From assembly GCA_965644495.1 (NCBI GenBank), contig CBFFSA010000003.1:372001-436000 (forward strand): 64,000 bases of DNA. Direction: 5' to 3'. The notes beneath the pieces are model-generated. The model did no database searches, was not told the DNA's origin, and worked only from the letters and a program-made list of their open reading frames with translations. Numbering within the stretch: position 1 is the first letter of the stretch; every line of letters begins with the position of its first letter. Shown here in pieces: positions 32,813 to 44,691 of this stretch. The stretch comes from Perkinsela sp. CCAP 1560/9 (taxonomy: Eukaryota > Protista > Euglenozoa: Kinetoplastea). The translations under genes were made by a program, and so were the position numbers.

Positions 32813-33097
32813 CAAGATCCAGAGACATTATGGCAAGATCCGCGTAATGTCCGCCAAGGTGGAGAGATGACCCCCCACAGGAAAAACGTAGACAAAAAAA
32901 AGCAATGCATTCCTCTAAAAAAAGCAATGCATTTCATCTAAACAAGGACTTCGATGAGTGTCTTTTCAGGTTTCCTACCTGTATTGGTTTCATTGTACTG
33001 ATCCCTACCTTAATTTACAAACACCGTCAACCCCTTGCGCTCGTCTTTTTATCCTTCCCCGCCATCTCACTCCCTCTCCACCCCTCCACTCCTCCCC

Positions 33098-34204
33098 ATG
33101 CCCCCCTCCCCCCCACAACCTCTTTCCTACCGTGATGCCCTCGCCGAGAGCTCACGCCAACACAAATTCCTCCTGGTTTGCATTACCCCCTCCTTCTCCT
33201 GCTCTGCCTCCCCCCTCCCCTCCCTCTCACCCTCCTCCTGCTCCTTCCTCCACCACCACTTTGTACTGTGGCAACGACCCCTCCACACCCCCGAGGGTCT
33301 CGCGGCCTTCCATGCCCTCCACGGGGTCTCGGCCCCGCTCTACGCTGTACTGGTCCGCATCCACGGCCATGATCAACTGATCTGTCGTATGCAGTATAGT
33401 GCAGGGGAGGGAGGGGAAGAGAGAGGAGTAGAAGGAGGAGTAGAACGGAGAGTAGAGGGAAGAGTAGAAGGAGGAGTGGAAGGAGGAGTGGAAGGAGGAG
33501 TGGAAGGAGAAGAAGGAGAACAACACGGGCGTCTACTCCCCCCCGAGGCTGTGGTCGACCAGCTGCGTCGGGTGGTGGGGGAGAGGCACCGTGGGGTGGG
33601 GGAGACGCTGGCGTCCAGGAGAGGGGAGGGGGTGAGCCGGGTGGGGTTGCGAAAGACCCAGCAGGGGGAATATGAAGTGGCCTGGGGGAGGGATGCGGGG
33701 AGGGGAAGGGGGGGTGGGGAGGGGGAGGAAAAAGGGGAGGAAGTGGAGGTTGGGGGAAAAGTCGGTGAAACGGAGGAGGTTGCGGGCGTTGGTAGGACTG
33801 TAATGAGTACCCCTGCTTGTGTGCCAGAGACCCCTGCATATGTGCCTGAGGTTCTCACAACGTGTGGGATATCAGCCTCCGGAACTGAGAGCATGAAAGT
33901 GGAGACAGGAGTTGAGACAGAAGGAGAGGAAGTGCTGTATACCAAAATTATTTTGCCCACGGGGAAAACGGTAATGCGCCAGTTTCGAGTCGTGGACACA
34001 ACGGACGCGGTGTATGATTTTGTGGAACAGTATTTAGCCGAATACCCGATACCCGTCGCGCAGGGCGCCTTGCCTGGCAATAAAGCAAGCCTTGCTTTAT
34101 CTGTTCAATCACATCCTATAAAAAAGCTTCCAAAGGACTCTACTATACGATTAAGCGAATATGAATTCCCTCCTCGAATAGTTATTTACGTTACCTATAC
34201 GTGA
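33098..34204 (+). CDS. UBX-domain protein with a possible N-terminal UAS/thioredoxin-like domain
   Basis: C-terminal TKIILPTGKTVMRQF...DAVYDFV..LSEYEFPPRIVIYV; GGVE low-complexity repeats. Confidence 0.7.
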   Translation: MPPSPPQPLSYRDALAESSRQHKFLLVCITPSFSCSASPLPSLSPSSCSFLHHHFVLWQRPLHTPEGLAAFHALHGVSAPLYAVLVRIHGHDQLICRMQYSAGEGGEERGVEGGVERRVEGRVEGGVEGGVEGGVEGEEGEQHGRLLPPEAVVDQLRRVVGERHRGVGETLASRRGEGVSRVGLRKTQQGEYEVAWGRDAGRGRGGGEGEEKGEEVEVGGKVGETEEVAGVGRTVMSTPACVPETPAYVPEVLTTCGISASGTESMKVETGVETEGEEVLYTKIILPTGKTVMRQFRVVDTTDAVYDFVEQYLAEYPIPVAQGALPGNKASLALSVQSHPIKKLPKDSTIRLSEYEFPPRIVIYVTYT

Positions 34205-34502
34205 ATTCTAAGGGATTCGTCATCTTCCAAGAAACTTGTACATCAGAGGTGACAGTATCAAGTGGTTACGGCGTAATCATGATAGCTCCCAACTAAGGTG
34301 GCTTGTCAACTCGCTGCCAAGTCTTATCCCCGCACATGCAATTTATTGCCACTACTTCTTTTCGTACATACACTTTGCTTTTGGTACATTTTGCAACTAC
34401 CTTTGTGTTAATTTTCGTGTGTACGTTTAGGAGATGCTTGTTTTTGTACGTTAAGGACTCCAACATTTCATTAATACTTGAAAGGACCTACATTTTTCCA
34501 CC

Positions 34503-34754
34503 ATGGGACGAAGCAAACTTTTCCCTTATCTTTCACGTCGACAAAATAAAGCCCGTCGCAGGAAACTGTCAGCTCGACATCCCCAAATGAAGCGCCACCT
34601 AACGTCACAAAAGCGTCGTGTTCGAGGAAAAATAAAGGCACAACAAATACCCCACGAAGCCGCCCTTATAGAATCCAAATTTCGGCGCATCAAGGAGGGA
34701 AAAGCCAAACCGGAAGATTCAAACAGTGAACAAATTTCTAATAAAGAGAGTTGA
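34503..34754 (+). CDS. Small basic hypothetical protein
   Basis: ATG-initiated Arg/Lys-rich ORF on the cluster strand; no family recognised. Confidence 0.5.
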   Translation: MGRSKLFPYLSRRQNKARRRKLSARHPQMKRHLTSQKRRVRGKIKAQQIPHEAALIESKFRRIKEGKAKPEDSNSEQISNKES

Positions 34755-35107
34755 ACGCCACCAGTAGAATCTTAAGTCACACTTGAGATGCATTCATGAG
34801 TCTGCCAATTCGCCCTTGCCAATTCACGCAATCTAAACCATGAAAACAGTGTGAGGCGCTACTTTACCCCTGAAGTCGATTGATATTCCGTTCATTTATT
34901 GGCATAAGGTCGTTTTGCTTACATTCTTTTTTCGCTGCGTACCACTCAATGACATCTTTTATTTCCGATTTATGGTTGTGTCAACATCTTGATAAATTCA
35001 CTTCTATTTATTCTTTTTTACTACACGTTACTCCTTACCGCTTTTTCACAAGAAGTTTTTCTGCAATTAAACATATGGATCTTTTTAACTCCCATTACTA
35101 GCTTTTT

Positions 35108-35371
35108 ATGACCGAGTTACTTCTTTCGTCACTTCGCAAGCGCATTACTGCCTACCTGAAAGGCGATCAGCAAGTTACTGGGACCCTGGTTGCCTTCGAT
35201 GAATACTTTAATTTGTTGTTAAAGGAAGGAGAGGAAATCTCTTACACTCTACCTGATGAGACACATGGTGCTGCAAGCAATCACACTAAAGAACCAACCA
35301 TTGAGACAGCTCGAAAAGATTTACTATGGCTTAGAGGCGACGGAGTTCTTCTCATCACTTCTCATGGGTAG
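35108..35371 (+). CDS. LSM3: Sm-like protein, LSm3-like
   Basis: Sm1 GTLVAFDEYFNLLL; Sm2 LLWLRGDGVLLI. Confidence 0.75.
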   Translation: MTELLLSSLRKRITAYLKGDQQVTGTLVAFDEYFNLLLKEGEEISYTLPDETHGAASNHTKEPTIETARKDLLWLRGDGVLLITSHG

Positions 35372-35928
35372 GAAAAGGGACATTAAATTTATACATGTGT
35401 GATTTATGATTTATAAATCGAAATCTGTTGTCACACTGTATGCAACTGTGAATAGCCCCCCCCCCCCCCCCCCCCAGTAACAGGGATTTGGCTCGGGAGG
35501 CTGGCTGGCTGAGGAGGCTGAGTGGGCGGGGGTGGCTGGACAGGTGAGGATGGCTGGTCGAGCTGAGGGTGGTTGGGAGGATGGGGATGGCTGAGCAGCG
35601 GAGTTGGCTGGGCATAAAGAAAAACACCCCCAAAAAAAGCATTCCCCCAAATAAAAGAGATTTTGTCCCGAAGCCCATTCTATCACTGAGGTGGGGGTAT
35701 ACGGTAATCATATTCCTCTAAAGGGCCTTATAAATCTTCTCCCGTCTACTTTGCCTTTCCTTAATTTCAATCACAAAAAAACCTCTACCTTTTCCTTCCT
35801 TTTTACCTCTCTCACCTCTTCATGTCTCACCCTCCACCACTATCCCCCCCTCTTCCCCCTCTCACTCTCCTCCCCCTCCCCCCCCTCCTTCCCCCATCTC
35901 AATCTTAACCCCCACCCCAGCCTCCCCC

Positions 35929-36513
35929 ATGCCACCCCCTCGCTTCCCTCCCTATCTCCTCTATCTCCTTATCCTCTCCCCCACCCCTCTGCTCTGTAGT
36001 GCTAACACTACTACTCCTCCTAGCCCCCCTCCCCCCACCACGCTGTGTCTGTGTCACTGCTGTTACCTCGGGGACTGCTCCCCCGTGGGGTCGTTCCCCG
36101 TGACCCACTGCTCGCTCTGTACCCACCACGCCTGTGTGGGACTCATGGAGCGGGAACTCCAGCACTTCACACCGCTGTACCGAATGTGGGGGGAGGGGGA
36201 GGGGGAGAGGAAGAGTAATACGACTCGAAAGAGTCATACGCGTCGTAATACGACAAGTACTACGAATAATACGAGTAGTCCCACTCCCCGTATTACCGGG
36301 GAGTTACCCAACATCTGTACCCTGGTGAATGGGTTCGAACGTAGGGTACGGGGACAGATGCCTCTGTACCGGGACACGACCTCCGTGCAGGCACGGTGCA
36401 GGTCCCGGAATTGGGTGTTTGCGAAGGTAGCGGTGGTGGGTACGATGGTGATGGCAGGGGTGGGGGTGGTGGTGTCGGTGTATAGGGGGTGGGTGGTGTG
36501 GCGGGGGAAATAG
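35929..36513 (+). CDS. Cys-rich single-pass membrane protein, hypothetical
   Basis: Signal-like N-terminus, CLCHCC..C..C..C..C, C-terminal hydrophobic helix. Confidence 0.6.
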   Translation: MPPPRFPPYLLYLLILSPTPLLCSANTTTPPSPPPPTTLCLCHCCYLGDCSPVGSFPVTHCSLCTHHACVGLMERELQHFTPLYRMWGEGEGERKSNTTRKSHTRRNTTSTTNNTSSPTPRITGELPNICTLVNGFERRVRGQMPLYRDTTSVQARCRSRNWVFAKVAVVGTMVMAGVGVVVSVYRGWVVWRGK

Positions 36514-36712
36514 GGAATAAGGGAGGGGGACGGGTAGTGATAGCCTATGGGGTGATAGCATATAAACTAAGGGGTGATGGGTTTTAGCGTAATAAATTGG
36601 AAAATGGTGGGTATTTGTTTTGACAATTTGGATTATGTATTCTTAGCAATTTTGTTTTTTTGATAGCTAATATTTTAATTATTATTTTGTTTCCTTCCAA
36701 GACATATTCAGA

Positions 36713-39700
36713 ATGCTGCGCCGTGCGTACAGGAATCTTTTTGTAACATGCTCGTTAACGATGCGATCTGGAGAACGTAAACTACCAAATATGAGAGAAA
36801 CGTGTCCAGAACTGGAGGCCTCATCGGCGACCCTAGAAAACAAGAAGTCAGTGGAGAAGTCTCAGGGAGCAACACGTGAGGTACCCTCTTCAACCGAATC
36901 CTCACCTAGCTGCGACACAGCAAAAGGCACCAAATCTGAACCTTCGAATAAAACAAAGGAGAGCTCCAAATTACCCTCCCGCACAAAAAATGTTGACACC
37001 CATAGCATTCGTTCCTCCAAAAGACTCAATCAGCCCACGCCCGGGCTGATTAAATCCTTAACCCACGTGCCACCCGCACACAGTTCTACCCTAAATGTGC
37101 TGCTGCGTCCCTCGAGCTCTTCACTCTTGAGTTCTGCGTCGAAAGAAAAGTCAAAAAGAATGCAGAATCTCAAAACAACAGAGGACGGGGCATGTGAACG
37201 GTCGCTTTCACAGGCCTTGCATGTGCATTTTGAAAAGAGACTCCCGAGGCAAAGTCTAGCGCTTTACGCTAAAGCCATGGAGCACGGGGACCGAAGTAAG
37301 AATGCTGCGTTGAGAGCGCGAGTGTATATGAATTTTGCAAAGTGTATTGAGGATTGTGTGGAGCACTGCTCACTTCTGGGTGTGGTGGAACGTGAGTTGA
37401 TGGATGAGTCACTCCCTAAGTTACCATTCCTCCCAATGCTCAAACAGTTCGATTCTCCCGAAGTGGAGTCCTCCAAGCAGAATTCTTCCGGTATGCCTGT
37501 ACTGAGTTTCGCCTTGGCTTGTAAGATCTACGAAAAGAGCGTTTCTTTTCTTACTTTGCCGGACAAGCCCTCCCGCGCAGTGCGTCTACAGTTGCGATTA
37601 GCTGAATGCTACGAAAAAGCTCGCATGAAGGATAAGGCAAAAGATGCCGTCAAGGCTGCGGAAAAGAATTCGAATGTAGATTCGGTGCAGTTCGATGTAG
37701 GCTCCACTCGATTGTCCAAATGGTGCTCGGACCTACTTTCCGTGTTCGTCTTCTTTTTTTGTGAGTCACGCGAGAAAGGAATTCAGTTATTACAGAAACT
37801 TGTAGAGCAAAATTCCACCAATTCGCAAGTACTTTGGTACGGCAATCTTTTTCTTGCAAGGAAATGTATTCTGCACACCAAACGGTTTTACAAAGTCGCT
37901 GACGTGGCGTATGATTCCCTGTTAAAAGTACGACCAGAAGCTTTTCTGGCGGGCCTGGAATATGCCCACTTTTTACAATACGCTCGTGAGAAACCTCTAG
38001 CCTCGGTCACGCAGTACTCACGCAGTATCTGTCACATGCGTCGCAACATGGAGTGGCCAGGCGTACGGGAGCATCTTCTCCCGGAGGCATTGTACAACAT
38101 GGGACATGCGCATCTCACAACTTTAGAGCCTGAGTTGTCTCATCCTGTTCTAACAGAAGCGATTTCGCTGATCACAAAAAACAAACCTCATGGAGGTGCT
38201 TGTGTCGGTCGAATTCAGCTCACACTCGCACGAGCACTCGAGGAGTGTAGAGACTCCAAAGGGGCGGCTGGGACGTATCAACTTTTGGTGGAACAAGCCG
38301 ACAAGGCCGTCGGAGGCATTTTACCACTGCAAATTGATGCCATGGGGCGAAGAAAGGATTTGAATGCGGCGGAAATTTATGGTCGATACGCTGCGTTTCT
38401 GTCCACCCAAGGTGATCATGAATTGGCGGAGACTTATTTTACCAAAGCATTGTCGTCCCCGTCGATTGATCTTCCGACAAAAATGGAATCCTTGGATGCT
38501 TTCATTCAGCTTTTGCGAGATATGGGAGAGGACGCGCGAGCGGCTGAGGCTGAGGACGAATTATTTGCTCTCGTACGTCACCACAACCAACAAGGTGTTC
38601 GTCTTCCACTACGCTCCTGGGTACGTCGTCTGGACTTTCTCGAGGCCTCGAATCGACCCAACGAGGCAGAGGAGATCTACTCCTTTCTCATGGACTCGAC
38701 CCATTCGCTAGGCGCGCAAGACAACAATGAGATACTGCGACGTTACGCCGAGCACCTCCAGCTGAAAGGTAGGTTTGAGGAGGCCGCCACACGGTACAAA
38801 ATGTGTCTCGAGCGTAATCCTTTAAATGTACACATGCTAGTGCAATACGCGTGGTGCATGTCACGCGTGCATCAACCCAACACTCTCATCCGCACAGCCT
38901 TCGAGGAAGCGATTCGCATTTATGAATCTCACCCCGATGCGAGTCGTTGGGACGGGTGTTTCACCTATGGCGAGTACGCTGTCTATTTACATGATACGGA
39001 GAAAGATCTCGTGCGTGCGGAGGAAATGTACAACAAAGCCGTGAGTAGCGTTGGAGCCTCCGAATCCGACAACTACGCACAAGTCTGCGCGAATTTAGCC
39101 ATTCTCTATCACACCAATGGAAAGGCTGTGGAATCGAGCCACTGGTTCACGGCCTCCATTTCCACGACCGTCCCCCAGCATGGGGCCTGGCAACTTTTCC
39201 TCGACACGCTGATTCAGTCACGTGCGATTGAGAAAGGATTTGCCACAGCGCAACGTATGCTTGAACTGTTTCCCTCTGAGGCCAGTGGGACGTATTTACG
39301 GATTGCTAAACTGCACGAGCTGAAGTCTCCATCCAGTGTGGAGGATGTTCTTTCCTCCTACTATCAAAGTATGTTACTTGGGTGTGCGGAGAAGGAAAAA
39401 GTGACTCTCGAGGAAATTTGCACCAAAACGAGTAACATCCACGCAGCTGCGGAGTACGCTGCTGTGTTAAACTACCGCATGCATCGTCACCAGGACGCTG
39501 CAATGTGTTACAGTATTCTACGTCGTCGTATGCCCACGGACTCGAACATTGCGCTACACTACGGGCGAATGCTCTATGACCACGGGATTGATTTCGAAGG
39601 AGCGAGAGAGCAATTCAACACCGTACTCGCTGCAGACCCGGGGAACCTTTTCGCGTTGGACTTTCTCTCGGATTACTATCAATCCCAAAAAGGGGATCTG

Positions 39701-41158
39701 GACGCTGCAGAGGATTGCCACCTACAAGCGCTGCGGTTAGGGAGACGAGATCCACCACGGGCAGCGCACCAATATGCGTGCTTTGCCATGCAAAATGCTG
39801 AGCACACAAGCTTGCGTGGACCCTACTACGAAAGCCTTTACCAGTCGTATCCCCAAGATGCCTCAGCCATGGGTGCGTATGCGATTTACATGCATCTAAA
39901 ATTAGGACCCGATGATCTCCGCGTCGCCAAGTTAATGAATATACAGGAAAAAGTAGAAGAGGAGGAAGAGGAGGACGAGGCGGAATCCAAGGAGGCGGAG
40001 CCGAAAATGCCGAGCGAAAAGGAACTACGCGATCGAGTGACCAAAATTATTGCAGCAGTCAAAAAGGCGATGCGAAAAAACCGCTCGGTTAAGAGGAAGA
40101 CGTCACCCAGCGGCAGTACGGAGACCTCAACATGGACAGCGGCTAAAATTAAGAAACTCACGAAGCAAACCATTGAAGCGATACAAAAATCAGAGAGCGA
40201 GCGATGTGCTGACACATCGCCTCGCCTCTCGGAGACATTGCCTCGGGTCTCTGTGACATATACGGAGCAGGAAATGTTCCACAGGGACCGGCTTAACTTA
40301 ATTGATACGCTTTATCGCAATGCGCTGGAACAAGAACCCTCCAACACCAATCATCTTCAGCATTATGCCTGTTTTCTGGCAACATGGCGACTAAATTTTC
40401 TCGGCGCGGCAGAAGTATTTTTTCGTTCACTTCGTCAAGATCCAAAAAACTTAAACTTGCTTCGACTGGTAGTTGCATTCCTCTTTCAATACGGCTACAA
40501 TCATCAAAATCAGCTTTTCCTGTTTTACGCTGAGGCTCTTTTCAAGGAAATCTTTCAATTAGACGCTTCTAACGTAGATTGCTTGCTACTTTACGCGAAC
40601 TACTTGAATTTAGTAAAACACGACTCGAGTGGTGCTGAAAAGGTCCTGGCTTACGTCCACGATATTATTCGGGCGCAACAACAATCACTAACCACAGGTA
40701 CCTCTTCAGCAAAATTATTTTCTTCAGATTCTACGCTAGAACAACAACATCTAGGCCAGAGCGAATCTCCGGTACAAGGCTCTGATGCAAAAAAGAACGA
40801 TGATGATACACCTACGGATCAAGCCGAGCCAATCAAACCGAGTCATCCAACCCCAAGTAATATCTCGAGCGCAGAAACTATGAAGGAAGATGTGCCTGCA
40901 AAAACTCATTGTCCTTCTGATGCAAAGCTTGAGAATAATGAAGTATCAGAAAAGGAGAAAGCATCTGTACCTGAAGGAACTCTGAAGATCGGGAACACTA
41001 AAAAGGCACTTGATCAGAGTCCGTCGGAGAAGGATGTAGGAAATACTCGACCAATATCAGACGAAAAGAATGACAGGCGAACGACAGACAATGATCCCAC
41101 AGAACGAAAAGAAAAGCCATTAACTTGCCAACACAGAACTAAAAAAGGGAAGGATTAG
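36713..41158 (+). CDS. Large TPR-repeat protein
   Basis: Repeated YA.FL...A..AE..Y..AL...P.N helix pairs. Confidence 0.8.
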   Translation: MLRRAYRNLFVTCSLTMRSGERKLPNMRETCPELEASSATLENKKSVEKSQGATREVPSSTESSPSCDTAKGTKSEPSNKTKESSKLPSRTKNVDTHSIRSSKRLNQPTPGLIKSLTHVPPAHSSTLNVLLRPSSSSLLSSASKEKSKRMQNLKTTEDGACERSLSQALHVHFEKRLPRQSLALYAKAMEHGDRSKNAALRARVYMNFAKCIEDCVEHCSLLGVVERELMDESLPKLPFLPMLKQFDSPEVESSKQNSSGMPVLSFALACKIYEKSVSFLTLPDKPSRAVRLQLRLAECYEKARMKDKAKDAVKAAEKNSNVDSVQFDVGSTRLSKWCSDLLSVFVFFFCESREKGIQLLQKLVEQNSTNSQVLWYGNLFLARKCILHTKRFYKVADVAYDSLLKVRPEAFLAGLEYAHFLQYAREKPLASVTQYSRSICHMRRNMEWPGVREHLLPEALYNMGHAHLTTLEPELSHPVLTEAISLITKNKPHGGACVGRIQLTLARALEECRDSKGAAGTYQLLVEQADKAVGGILPLQIDAMGRRKDLNAAEIYGRYAAFLSTQGDHELAETYFTKALSSPSIDLPTKMESLDAFIQLLRDMGEDARAAEAEDELFALVRHHNQQGVRLPLRSWVRRLDFLEASNRPNEAEEIYSFLMDSTHSLGAQDNNEILRRYAEHLQLKGRFEEAATRYKMCLERNPLNVHMLVQYAWCMSRVHQPNTLIRTAFEEAIRIYESHPDASRWDGCFTYGEYAVYLHDTEKDLVRAEEMYNKAVSSVGASESDNYAQVCANLAILYHTNGKAVESSHWFTASISTTVPQHGAWQLFLDTLIQSRAIEKGFATAQRMLELFPSEASGTYLRIAKLHELKSPSSVEDVLSSYYQSMLLGCAEKEKVTLEEICTKTSNIHAAAEYAAVLNYRMHRHQDAAMCYSILRRRMPTDSNIALHYGRMLYDHGIDFEGAREQFNTVLAADPGNLFALDFLSDYYQSQKGDLDAAEDCHLQALRLGRRDPPRAAHQYACFAMQNAEHTSLRGPYYESLYQSYPQDASAMGAYAIYMHLKLGPDDLRVAKLMNIQEKVEEEEEEDEAESKEAEPKMPSEKELRDRVTKIIAAVKKAMRKNRSVKRKTSPSGSTETSTWTAAKIKKLTKQTIEAIQKSESERCADTSPRLSETLPRVSVTYTEQEMFHRDRLNLIDTLYRNALEQEPSNTNHLQHYACFLATWRLNFLGAAEVFFRSLRQDPKNLNLLRLVVAFLFQYGYNHQNQLFLFYAEALFKEIFQLDASNVDCLLLYANYLNLVKHDSSGAEKVLAYVHDIIRAQQQSLTTGTSSAKLFSSDSTLEQQHLGQSESPVQGSDAKKNDDDTPTDQAEPIKPSHPTPSNISSAETMKEDVPAKTHCPSDAKLENNEVSEKEKASVPEGTLKIGNTKKALDQSPSEKDVGNTRPISDEKNDRRTTDNDPTERKEKPLTCQHRTKKGKD

Positions 41159-41353
41159 ACGTTGAGAATATCAACTTCCATAAATGTACATTCCATAAAT
41201 GTATTGAGCACACAGATTCATTTCTTCGGTTATTTTTTTTAATAATCGGGTTCTTACCCACTCACCTTCCCAGTAATATTGCTTTAGATACATACATTCT
41301 CAATTGTAGAAATTTATCTTTGGAACACATGCCACGCTCTCCACCACTGCAAA

Positions 41354-43390
41354 ATGACGTATAAGCCTTTTGCGTTACGTGATATTGCTCGCCAGTCACT
41401 GGTGCAAATGCTTTCGGAGGATATCATTCCCATGGATCCCAAATCTCCCGAAACGAATTCTGATTCTTCCTTTATCCCCTCGGACACCATTCCTCACTGG
41501 AAGATTTTAATCCATGACCCTTTCGCGCGTAACATTTTAGCCACGCTGCTTAAATTCCATGAACTTCAAGAGTTAGGGGTTACGCTGCATTTAGGGGTGC
41601 TAGCGAATCGTGAGCCTGTGGTTTGCTCCCCTGGTGTCTATTTTATTTTACCAACCGCAGACAATGTCCGGCGCATTGCGTGTGATATCAAAACTTCGCT
41701 TTACGCCTCCTTTGATGTAAATTTTAGTGGGTCGTGCACGACGGAGCTGTTACAGCTGTTGGCGCAAGAACTTGCGGAAGGGGTTGATGTTCTCCCTCCC
41801 ATACGTATCCGAGACTGGCCGTTATGTTTCGCTGCTTTGGAGAATGATTTCTTCTCTCTTGAGCACAAAGGATTTTACATGCAATCACATGTGCCCAAAT
41901 TTACGACAAATACCCCAAAAAATGATCACCCGATCGACGACATCGTGGACAGTATTGCCGCCGTATCTCGTGCGCTTCGTCTGGCTCCTTATATCGCGGG
42001 GTCTCGAACGCCCTCGTGTCTACGACTCGTTGAGGCCGTTAGCAACAAATTAAAGGAAGATTCTGAAAATAGCAAGGGGTTTCCCCGTGTAAGCTCTTTC
42101 ATGGGGCAGCAACGCCCACTGCTGCTGCTGGTCGACCGTAACATGGACTTAATCACTCCACTACACACTCCGTTTAGCTATGGAGCATTGCTAGCGGATA
42201 CAATGGAGATGCAACTAAATAAAGTTGGAGTAGAAGAATCGAATCCTGCGTCTTCGGATCTTAAAACTACGCCAAATGTTTCCGACACCCAAAAGAAGAA
42301 AAAGACCATTTTTCTCGATGACACGGACGAGTTTTGGAGAGAAAACTTTGCCAAAGACTTTAGCCAAGTTTGCGAGCGTGTGGAGAGTTCATTTTCACAG
42401 TTTTCAGCTCAGCGACAAAAACTCACCCAGGAGGGAGCCGAGGAGCTTCCCGGATTAATGAGCCACGTGCCGAAACTTGCGGAACAAAAGCGGCATCTGG
42501 ATTCCCACACCACGCTGTGTCACGCCATCGTAAGGCATGTACAGGACCGAGACCTTGACCGAGCCCATGCTATGGATAGACAACTGATGCGGGTAGCCTG
42601 GAGCCGTGGGGGTGGGTTGGAAAATATTGATTTTACGCTACTAAAAGACCTTATCCTGTCGAATACCTCAAAAAGGACATGGAAGGATCGTATGCGCACT
42701 TTACTGGTGTATGCCCTGTGTTTAGAACAGTATCAGATGTATCATAGGTTGGACGGCATTGAAGAGACGAATTGCGTAGAGGGGGACCATCTTGAGCAGT
42801 TTTGCAACGAACTCATGAAGCGGTTTCCAGAGCATACCACCGAGCCGAAACAAGTCTTGAGTCTTGTGCGTACCATGTGCACTGTGTACCTTGAAGGCTG
42901 CGGTCCAGACAAGCAAAATGACACTGCAATAGAGGCTGGTAGATGGGAACAGAAGATATCGGACGTGGCTCGCAAGCTTGCGACGTCTCTCACAGAGGAT
43001 TCAAATTTGCTTTCCCCTCTTGTCGAATTGATAGAGGTCGTAATGTCGGAGTCGAGAACCACCCAAGAGGATTCCTCCCTGCTTCCCAACTTTCTTTCCT
43101 CAGGCGAGGATGTGCGTCAAAACCTTCTACGAGCATTGTGGTGTATTGACCCTTTTACGCATAATGCAATCGATATCGCGGAGCATACATTTTCCTCCTG
43201 TGTGGTCGTAGTAGTTGGTGGTTTAACCTATACTGAATACTATGACCTTGGGCAATGGAAAATTCGACCAAAAAACCGGGACAAGAATGTAATTGTAGGC
43301 GGCACCGAGTTCATTGCAGGATGTCAATTTCTTGATCAACTAGTCGAAACTGCCCGTTTCACGGACAAAAATGAACTTACGAGACAATAA
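41354..43390 (+). CDS. SLY1: Sec1/Munc18 family protein, Sly1-like
   Basis: WKILIHD..L.ELGVTLH, VYFILPT.DNV, RPLLLLVDRNMDL.TPL, VVGGLTYTEY. Confidence 0.85.
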   Translation: MTYKPFALRDIARQSLVQMLSEDIIPMDPKSPETNSDSSFIPSDTIPHWKILIHDPFARNILATLLKFHELQELGVTLHLGVLANREPVVCSPGVYFILPTADNVRRIACDIKTSLYASFDVNFSGSCTTELLQLLAQELAEGVDVLPPIRIRDWPLCFAALENDFFSLEHKGFYMQSHVPKFTTNTPKNDHPIDDIVDSIAAVSRALRLAPYIAGSRTPSCLRLVEAVSNKLKEDSENSKGFPRVSSFMGQQRPLLLLVDRNMDLITPLHTPFSYGALLADTMEMQLNKVGVEESNPASSDLKTTPNVSDTQKKKKTIFLDDTDEFWRENFAKDFSQVCERVESSFSQFSAQRQKLTQEGAEELPGLMSHVPKLAEQKRHLDSHTTLCHAIVRHVQDRDLDRAHAMDRQLMRVAWSRGGGLENIDFTLLKDLILSNTSKRTWKDRMRTLLVYALCLEQYQMYHRLDGIEETNCVEGDHLEQFCNELMKRFPEHTTEPKQVLSLVRTMCTVYLEGCGPDKQNDTAIEAGRWEQKISDVARKLATSLTEDSNLLSPLVELIEVVMSESRTTQEDSSLLPNFLSSGEDVRQNLLRALWCIDPFTHNAIDIAEHTFSSCVVVVVGGLTYTEYYDLGQWKIRPKNRDKNVIVGGTEFIAGCQFLDQLVETARFTDKNELTRQ

Positions 43391-43832
43391 ATAGTATTGT
43401 CGAATTGTTAAATTGTCCTTCAATACCTCTACCATGAAGACATTGAGCCATTGATTCGTATTGTATTCTGCGTAGCATGCTGATCCCATGTTCCCATACG
43501 GTTCCCCTTATTTTGGGCATGCAACACAGGAGAGATTGCGGTTGTATGAATCGTGGTTTGTATACGTATGATAGTATCATACTTTTAAAGATAGAGTATT
43601 TTAAGATTTAACTAGCTTGCGCATATGACGCTGACAGTTACATCCCTTATGCTGTTGATTATGATAGTTACATCCCTTATGCGGACAGTATTACTGCGTC
43701 GTTCCATTGCGTGGAATACTGCAAATACAGAAAACGTCAATACATTATTTTTCGGAATACTGTGGTGCAGTATTATATTGTAGTGCAGTACTACATACTC
43801 TTTGAATTTTAAACTAAGCCTTTTGTGCGCCC

Positions 43833-44639
43833 ATGTCGGCTCCCATCATTTCATTTACCCGCACTAGCGATAGCCCACTCGAATCCCGAACACGGGCAGC
43901 GAAACTAAACATTTCTCTGCTTCCTTTGGAAATGCAGCTCATGCGATTTTTAGGGGATCAGGCTTGGAGCACCACACTATCGTCGTCCTGGAGTCGTGAT
44001 CAGCCGGGGTGTACCTGGTCGAACGTCATTTGTGATTCACACGGAGCTCTTATGGAGATGCGGTGGCGACATATGGGACTTTCCTGTGCCCCAGCGTGGC
44101 ACGCATTGCCCTCTACAGTAAAACTTCTATTCCTGAACCTAAATGAGGTGCGCGGGAGTCTTCCAGCCGAGGAGCTGCCAAAAGATTTGCTAATCTTCAA
44201 TCTAGGCGACAATTTGTGCGAAGGAATGATAAACTTCGAAAATTTATCTTTGAATTTGCAAACTCTAGAGCTGCCCGCCAATGAGTTTACCGGAAAAATT
44301 GACACGACAGCGTTACCTGCCGACCTACGTTTCTTAAATCTCTCGCAGAATATGTTTTACGGAACAATTGATTTTTGCACTTTACCCACTCATTTGCATA
44401 CCCTTAAGCTTTTTGATAACAAATTGGAGGGTACTTTGGATCTCTCAGAGCTTCCCAAATCCATGACACGTTTGTGGCTGCATAAAAACAATTTTCATGG
44501 CAGCATTGAAATGAAATCACTCCCCACCTCTGTACGGGTTATTCAAGTGCTACCTAACGAGCTCAATATTGTGGAGTGCCCTGAGCGCTTCTGCAAGGTA
44601 TTTAAAGAATACGTAATAAAGCCTTCAAAACATTTGTAA
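43833..44639 (+). CDS. Leucine-rich repeat protein
   Basis: CTWSNVIC cap plus LP..L..L.L..N.F.G.ID repeats. Confidence 0.85.
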   Translation: MSAPIISFTRTSDSPLESRTRAAKLNISLLPLEMQLMRFLGDQAWSTTLSSSWSRDQPGCTWSNVICDSHGALMEMRWRHMGLSCAPAWHALPSTVKLLFLNLNEVRGSLPAEELPKDLLIFNLGDNLCEGMINFENLSLNLQTLELPANEFTGKIDTTALPADLRFLNLSQNMFYGTIDFCTLPTHLHTLKLFDNKLEGTLDLSELPKSMTRLWLHKNNFHGSIEMKSLPTSVRVIQVLPNELNIVECPERFCKVFKEYVIKPSKHL

Positions 44640-44691
44640 GATATATATTTGCCGAGAGGCCATTAAATGGCTTATGCATAGACTTATAAGA